From Eledone cirrhosa (taxonomy: Eukaryota), in assembly GCA_964016885.1 (NCBI GenBank), contig OZ024763.1, forward strand, positions 6,386,001-6,450,000: a DNA stretch of 64,000 nt, written 5' to 3'. The position numbers and the translations under genes were made by a program. Below, one piece after another: positions 56,642-64,000 of this stretch. Numbering within the stretch: position 1 is the first letter of the stretch; every line of letters begins with the position of its first letter. The notes below the pieces were generated by a model that was not told where the DNA came from, ran no database searches, and worked only from the letters and a program-made list of their open reading frames with translations.

Positions 56642-57450
56642 TGTCTATGTGTGTGCATCTGTATATGTAGTGTCTATGTGTGTGTGATTTGGTAATTGTA
56701 TGTAGATTTTGTGTATTTACGTATATATATGTAGTATTTACGTATATATTGTATGTAGATTTTGTGTATTACGTATATATATATATGTGTGTGCATTTGT
56801 AAGAAGATTTTGTGTGATATGTGAATGAGTCTAATCTAGCGATCATTCTAGGGCGGATAAGATTCCCAAGATCCATGGACGAATTCCTTCCAGTGATCTC
56901 TTCATCTTCGCCACTATGTCCCGGGCCTCCCAGAGACCAGTGTCTGTCCTAGGGCATCAACATGTGTCATCCTTGGTCTCCCTCTTCCAGTGTGTCCGTG
57001 GAGGGGCTCCCACAGGAGCACTGAGTGCAGTGTCAACTCTGAATGACAGTGAGCATGTCCAGCTAACCTCAGTCTCTTCTGTGTTACTTTCGAGCTGATT
57101 TTTGGGAGGCTCCCGTACAGCTCTGAGTTCTTCATCATCATCATTTTACCTGCTTGCAAGGGTGGGACATCAGTATATATATATATATCATCATCATCAT
57201 CATCATTTCATTTTACTTCCGTTTTTTCCCTGCTTGCAAGGGTGGGACGGGAACTGATTTTGGCTTGATTTCTACAGCTGGATGCCCTTCCTAACACCAA
57301 CCTCATTTACAGTGAGTGGTGGGTGCTTTTTTGCCATGGCGCCTACATAAAGTGTCTTGCTCAAGGAAACAACACATCACCCGGTCTGAGAATTGAACTC
57401 ACAACCTTTCGATTGTAAGGCCAATGCACTAACCACTAAGCCACGTACCT

Positions 57451-57503
<53 letters not shown>

Positions 57504-58443
57504 AAGTTGAGTTGAAAAGTTCATAGGCTGAACCATGAAGAAGTGATGCTAGTGCTGTGGAATCTTGCATGCATTAATTTCGAGTCATTAGTAACTGCAT
57601 TGTTTCTTTCCAGGGACTTTCAGAAAAATAGACCTCATTTGGGCATTCCATGAGTATCTTGGTCAACACACGAACTTTTCAGCCATCCTCCTCCCTCTCT
57701 CTCTCTATATATATATAGACACACACATACAATGTTCCAAAAAGATGTATGCATATATTTATGCGAATGCATTTGAAATGTGTATACAATTTTTTGGGAC
57801 AGCCTTCATATATATATATATATATAAACAGATGGAATGTATATTTATTTATCTCAGTACAGTGAAATACGAAGACTGATCTTCCTACATGACTTCACTA
57901 AAAATAACAAATCCACTTTTTATTTGTTTATTTTCTCTTAAACAACACGTACACACACACACACACACACATATATACAGACTCACACGTGTGTACGTAA
58001 ATGTAGTTGTTTATATTGGCTATATTTAGCACACACAATATATATACATAAATTAACACACACAAAATATATATATACACACACACACACACACATATAT
58101 ACATACATACATACATACATTAATGGTACAAACATAATTCTAGCCATGTAGAAAGGTCGCTAGATGAATATTGTCCCCGATTATATGCATAATATACACA
58201 CATATATACAAACTCACATATCTATATATATATATATCTATATACACACGTGTGTATATAGAAAAAGGATGTAATAAAACGAACAGGAAGTAACACGACA
58301 CCTTATATGACCATATTTGATGGACATCAAAATAATCGTTTCTGCTTTTGGCACAAGGCCAGCAATTACCCAGTGCATTACTGGTACTTTATTTTATCGA
58401 CCCTGTAAGGATGAAAGGCAAAATAATAAGACATATATGTATG

Positions 58444-58486
<43 letters not shown>

Positions 58487-58911
58487 GCACAACCATAAAC
58501 ATACATCTATGTATATATATATATGTGGTATTTATATAGTTGTAACTAGCCCCCCCCCCCCCCTATAATGGAGAGATCACGGGGTCACAAGTAAATTCCA
58601 ATATCTACATTTCTTATACATAAAATGTGTGTATATATATATATACACAAACCATATGTATACACACACATACATATATATATATGTACACACATATATA
58701 TATATATGTACACACACACGTATTATTCTGTAGTACCATTCTACTGTTAACTTCTGTCTGTCTGTTAGTCAGCCTGAATATTAGTGAAATAAATTATTAC
58801 ACACACTCTGTAGTATGTATATGTGTGTATATATAGATATATATGGTGAAATATGGATACTTCTTTATAGACAGATTCTAGTATATAATATATGGTGGTA
58901 AAATGTATTAT

Positions 58912-59111
58912 NNNNNNNNNNNNNNNNNNNNNNNNNNNNNNNNNNNNNNNNNNNNNNNNNNNNNNNNNNNNNNNNNNNNNNNNNNNNNNNNNNNNNNNNN
59001 NNNNNNNNNNNNNNNNNNNNNNNNNNNNNNNNNNNNNNNNNNNNNNNNNNNNNNNNNNNNNNNNNNNNNNNNNNNNNNNNNNNNNNNNNNNNNNNNNNNN
59101 NNNNNNNNNNN
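58912..59111. other. Assembly gap (200 N)
   Basis: Run of N. Confidence 1.
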
Positions 59112-59588
59112 TTCTAGGTATATACATATATATATACCTATCTATCTAGCTATGTATATATTTAGACTGACATCTCTATCACACTACATAGTATCTATAT
59201 AATATATATATATATATATATATACCTATGTGTGTATATATATATCGACTGGCTTCTCTCGTTTTAAAAATAGACGAAAAAATGTGATGCAAAAATTATA
59301 TATACACACACATATATATGTGTGTGTATATATATATATGTGTGTATGAATGTGTATATAAATAAAATAAAGAATGGAGGAAGGAGAGAGAGAAGGAAGG
59401 AAGAAGGGGTGGGAGGAGGTTGGTGTTGTGTTATTATTTAGGTCAAACTTGTGACTAGCATTGTAACAACCGTGTTGACGGACATTGGACAGAGAAATTA
59501 ATGGATCTTGGGAAGAGAAGGAAAGTTCCCAGAGATTTCTAGGTGGAAATGTTAGAAAGAAAACGGCAAGAACCATGCTAAAACTCAC

Positions 59589-59614
59589 CTTTCACTATGC
59601 GGTCGGCCTGACAT
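59589..59614 (-). CDS. Probable first coding exon (MSGRPHSE-R) of the minus-strand gene
   Basis: ATG next to a CpG-containing promoter; consensus donor AAG|GTGAGT; phase 2 matches the 14063-14225 exon. Confidence 0.6.
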
Positions 59615-59633
59615 AATTTTTACTAACGTACGA

Positions 59634-59670
59634 GTCCGCCATCATAATGACGTCACACCTGCCGACCAAT
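59634..59670 (-). promoter_or_regulatory. Core promoter motifs
   Basis: CCAAT 59666-59670, perfect CRE TGACGTCA 59648-59655, YY1-like ATGGCGG. Confidence 0.65.
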
Positions 59671-60056
59671 AAAATTTCAAATAATCTGGCATTAAAAATT
59701 TACATAGAGATAGCAATATTTTCTCTCTCTCTCTCAATTAATATTAATTATTTATTATTATCATTAATTATTTATTATCATAACTATTACTATTATTACT
59801 ATTACTACCATTACTATATATTCAATAATAAAAATATTAATTATTATTATTTATTTAAAATATTATTGGCTCAAAAATCATACTAAAATACACTAATAAA
59901 AATTATATTAATTTATTAATTATATTAAACGCATCATTAATATTTATATATTTATTAAAAATCGTAAATAATACTTAGAACAAATGTTATTATTTTTATT
60001 GTTATTTTTAATAATTTTATTGTTTTACATTATTTCTATTTTTTTTTTCGTATAAC

Positions 60057-61207
60057 GGAAGTAAAAATTTCCATATTCGCTGCAGACTTAGCAACATTAT
60101 TAGGATTATCAATAATTTAAAAGAAATTGATAAAAATAAAATTATATTAAATGCATCAATAATATTTATAAAATCAGAATTAAGAGTTGAAAATGAGGAT
60201 TTTTATTTCTGTTATTATTATTGTTCTTTTTGATTTGCTTTAATTTTTTTCCTTAGTGAGGAAGTAAAAATTTCCATATTCGCTGCAGACTTAGTAACAT
60301 TATTATTAATATTATAATTCATACGAATAGAATTGTAAAAAAATAGAATTAATCTAAAAAATATCTATATATGTTTATTATCTAAGATTTATTCAAATTT
60401 TGAATTATTTTAGATAGAGACTAGAAAGAGTGAGTGAGAAAGAGAAGGAAAAAGAGAGATATTGAGACAAAGAAAAAGAGATAGAGGGCGAGGTAAAGAC
60501 AAAAAGAGACTGACAGGCAAAGAGAAAGAGAAATAAACTGTGAGGGAGGGGGAATATGGAAGGAGAAGAAGAGTACTTTGCGACGTGAATATGTCTATTC
60601 ACTGCCGACTTAGCAACATGTTTTTTTAGCTATTATATTTATTATTATTAATATATGAACATTAAAAATGAAGTAAAATAAAAATCGAATTAATTTAATT
60701 AAATACAACAATATTCATTCAATTAGATTTAATATTAGAAACTGTTATTATTTTTCGTTATTCCTATTTTTTATTATCGTATTTTAATTTTATAATTATT
60801 CTAGAAGGAGGCGATAGTGGGTGGGATTGAATGAAGAAGGCATGGCATTTCCGACCAAAAACGAAAGAAATATCTTTATATGTATAAAAATCTCGTTTCC
60901 ATCCTATATTATTTGCTGCCGACTTCCGAATATTAAAACTTTTATCATCTAAACAAGATTTTATTGAAAAATATATTAAGAACACTCCACACAATTGACA
61001 GATAGCAAGATAAAAAAAAAGAAAATATCCTATATTTGCTATTATTATTATCATTATTATTAAAACGAAAATTTCTGGTCTTGTGCATATATATTAAAAA
61101 TAATTATTTATATTGATTTTATATATTATCATTTACCATTACGATTATTATTATTATTAATATTATGCGCGTTTTTATATTTGCTGCCGACTTAACGACT
61201 GTTTACA
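60057..61207 (+). promoter_or_regulatory. MKS1 upstream region with a five-fold repeated motif
   Basis: TATTYGCTGCMGACTTAGCAAC-like copies at ~60073, 60276, 60596, 60910, 61177; forkhead site TGTTTAC at 61200-61206. Confidence 0.55.
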
Positions 61208-61210
61208 AAT

Positions 61211-61290
61211 ATGGCGGAATTATTGGATGAAAATAACCCTGGAGCTGCTTATTATAGGACCAAAGACCAACTGAGAAACTTTAAGTTGCG
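61211..61290 (+). CDS. MKS1: Meckel syndrome type 1 protein, coding exon 1
   Basis: MAELLDENNPGAAYYRTKDQLRNFKL-R aligns without gaps to human [27 protein letters not shown] (recalled from memory); 80-nt exon ending CG|GTGAGT. Confidence 0.85.
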
Positions 61291-62677
61291 GTGAGTTATA
61301 TATATATATGAATGTATATATATATAGTATAATCAAAACTTCATACACTTAACAAGCATGCGCGAACTTAGATTTCGGAATCCAGTTACGGCCACCACTC
61401 ATTAATTGTGACCGATGTTCTAATACTAGCTCTCTGGTCAGGCGCTAGAACAAAATTACAAGCAATATATATATGTAAGCTTATATGTATATACAAGATG
61501 TCCCCCAAAAATGTATACACAAATGATCAGAATGCTGTTGAAGTGTGTGTACATGTTTTTTACGACACTATATATGTAAGTATACATATATATACAGGGA
61601 GTTCCAAATTATGTATACACACTTGAACAGTATTCTAATAAATATGTGTATACATTGTTTTGGGACACCCTGTGTATGTCTACATATATATATATATATA
61701 TATATATATGTGCGGGTGTAGGTTTGGTTGTGGGGTTAAGGAGTTAGCACCACATCCACATGTTTCTGGTTTAACTTCGAGACTGCATAGCAACACCTTA
61801 GGCAAGTATCTTCTATGACAGCATCTGGTTCAGCAATGCTGCATGAGCGTAATTTGGTAGACAGAAACTGTATGGAAGTCCATTGTATTTCATCATCATC
61901 ATCATCATCGTTTAACGTCTATCTTCCACGCTAGCATGGGTTTAGACGGGAATTGTCCCACTTGAGGCAAGATTGGTTGTCTTGCTCGTATAGGACTGTC
62001 TGACGGGTTTTCTACGGCTGGATGCCCTTCCTAACACCAACCACGTTTACAGTGTGGACTGGGAGGTTTTTACAGTGTTACCTACATGGTCACATTACAG
62101 CGTGGACTGTGTGTTTTTTTGTCGTGACACCTACATTTATTTAGGACTGGATGTTGGGGTACCAACATAACTTTACAGTGAAAGGGGTAGTGGGATGGGG
62201 GTGTATTTTTGGTTAAGAGGTGCCTAATGAGTAGGTTTCGCTTTGTTCTTAGGCAAGGCGGATCTTCTGTATTACTGCGTAGCGCCAAAGATCTCGGTCC
62301 AGTGACATTTTTATATATATACACACACACACAAATACCGGTAGCTAATATCAAATTGCGCATGGAAGAAGTCATACTTTGACCAATGCTGGAGCAAGGT
62401 GTGGCATGACCAACTCTCGGCGTGGACAAGCATGGATAAATGGACGCTAAGCGGTGATGATGATGTATATATATATATATACATATTGTTATATTTGGGG
62501 AGGGTCATATTGTTATAATATAGCCAGAAATAATAATAAAACACACTCACTGTTTGGTTTGGGTTGGTTTTTGCTTCTGTATCTTTTATATCTCCATAGT
62601 TAATTTATCTGGCAATCAATGTTTATCCTTCATTAACCAACGGTTAAAAATACAGATATAAATATACATATATAGTC

Positions 62678-62722
62678 TATCAAAGTTCTTTCGTCACACA
62701 TCTGTGACATCATCAGTGGCAT
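62678..62722 (-). ncRNA. Partial hammerhead-like motif
   Basis: CTGATGA-t-gtcac-agatgt-gtgac-GAAA with a perfect 5-bp stem II; stems I and III decayed. Confidence 0.45.
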
Positions 62723-63269
62723 TATTGTTTCCTCCCATTGTATTGTAATATATAAACCATTCAAATTAAGTAGTGTAAAGAGATAGCATATTTGTCATAG
62801 ATTATTAATGATAAACATAGGAAAATTTACAGAGAGGACAAGACTACAAAAACAAGGTAGAACGAAAAACAATTTTTTAGGGGGAACCTTCAAAAAATTG
62901 CTTTTTTAAAAATAAAAATACAAACGAAAAACAAAACTCCATGGTTATCGCCCGTGTGAGATAGACTTTGGCAGATTTGACCCCTACCAACAATACTGCT
63001 GGTCTATCTGAGGTCACAACGTCTGACAAAAGCCATACTTAAGAGATGAGAGACAAAACATTAATTTATAGCAAGTAAGCTATAACTAGTACACGTAGAA
63101 TTTTATGTGATGTCAGGGAAAAGTGTGGTGCTTCTTATAGCATGGGAGTCTCGGGGATGAAACAAAGGAAAAGAAGAAGAAAGAAAGTAAGAAATCGTGT
63201 TAAAAAGGCTGTTGATATATATATATATATATAAGCCATTTAAATTAAGGTGGGAGAAGAGATAATACG

Positions 63270-63400
63270 AGTCTTGTTACACTGGAGTTTCGCCTGTTTA
63301 TCTAAATTCCAGTGTAACAAGGCATACTATTTAGCTTTAATGAATATTAAAGCTCTACTTTGATATTGAGTTCTCCTTTCTCTCATCTGTCAACCACATA
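63270..63400. mobile_element. Penelope-like terminal repeat remnant with a short inverted duplication
   Basis: cttgttacactgga...tccagtgtaacaag; related to 11690-11830 and 36350-36460. Confidence 0.5.
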
Positions 63401-64000
63401 TGGATGTATATATGTGGGTGAGTATTCTATCTCTGCCATTAGAGGACCAAATCTCCCTCTACGGATGTAAAAAAATCTAAAACATGATCAGCTATATATG
63501 TGTGTGCAAGTATGTATGTATAAAGTGGTCCTGATGGAGACACGGCAAAAAGCACACTGTAAAATGGTCATGTAGGTGTCATGTGAAAAAGCACCCAGCC
63601 CACTGTAAAGTGGTCGTGTAGGTGTCACAAAAAAAAGCACCCAGTACTCACTGTAAATGAGATTTATGTTAGGAACTGCATCCAGTTGTAGAAACCCAAG
63701 CCAGAATCAGTTCTGTATGAGCAAGACATGGTTCACAACAGGACAACTGGTCTAATCCATGCTAGCTTGGCAAAATGGATGTTATACGGTGATGATGATA
63801 TGTATGTTAGTTAAGTGTGTAACTACAATTATAGGTGGCGTGCTGTTCAAAGCACTCAATGTTGTTACGAAGTCCGTTTCGTTTGGGTTGTATTCCAATG
63901 TTGCGGCTGTAGCGTGCAGAGTGTAAATAGATTTAAAAGAATCAGTGTTGCAGTATATATACAAACTTTATTTTCACATTACAATTGTTTCGATGTCAAT

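Noticed and set aside
58765-59202. ORFs containing X runs
   Set aside because: Span the assembly gap
63835-64000. Possible MKS1 exon 2
   Set aside because: The phase-2 translation does not resemble the MKS1 continuation, and the acceptor is weak

Overview
AT-rich, microsatellite-dense eukaryotic (animal) genomic DNA. The repeat families resemble those I associate with octopus/coleoid cephalopods, which is an inference. Almost all listed ORFs are artefacts of simple repeats. Two real genes sit head-to-head near the right end. (1) On the + strand, exon 1 of the ciliary transition-zone gene MKS1 (61211-61290, MAELLDENNPGAAYYRTKDQLRNFKL-R). (2) On the - strand, a gene whose first coding exon (59589-59614) joins in phase with a 163-nt exon at 14063-14225 across a ~45 kb intron containing an assembly gap. 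Its N-terminus weakly resembles NCoR/SMRT. The rest is intron filled with RTE, CRE-like and other LINE remnants, tRNA-derived SINEs, piggyBac-like and Tc1-like MITEs, a deleted Helitron and minisatellites, several of them seeded from transposon ends. The most notable unannotated signal is about ten hammerhead-ribozyme-like motifs from several families (Penelope/retrozyme-like). These include a tandem pair and one copy locked inside a perfect 54-bp hairpin. All coordinates were read by eye; repeat boundaries are approximate.
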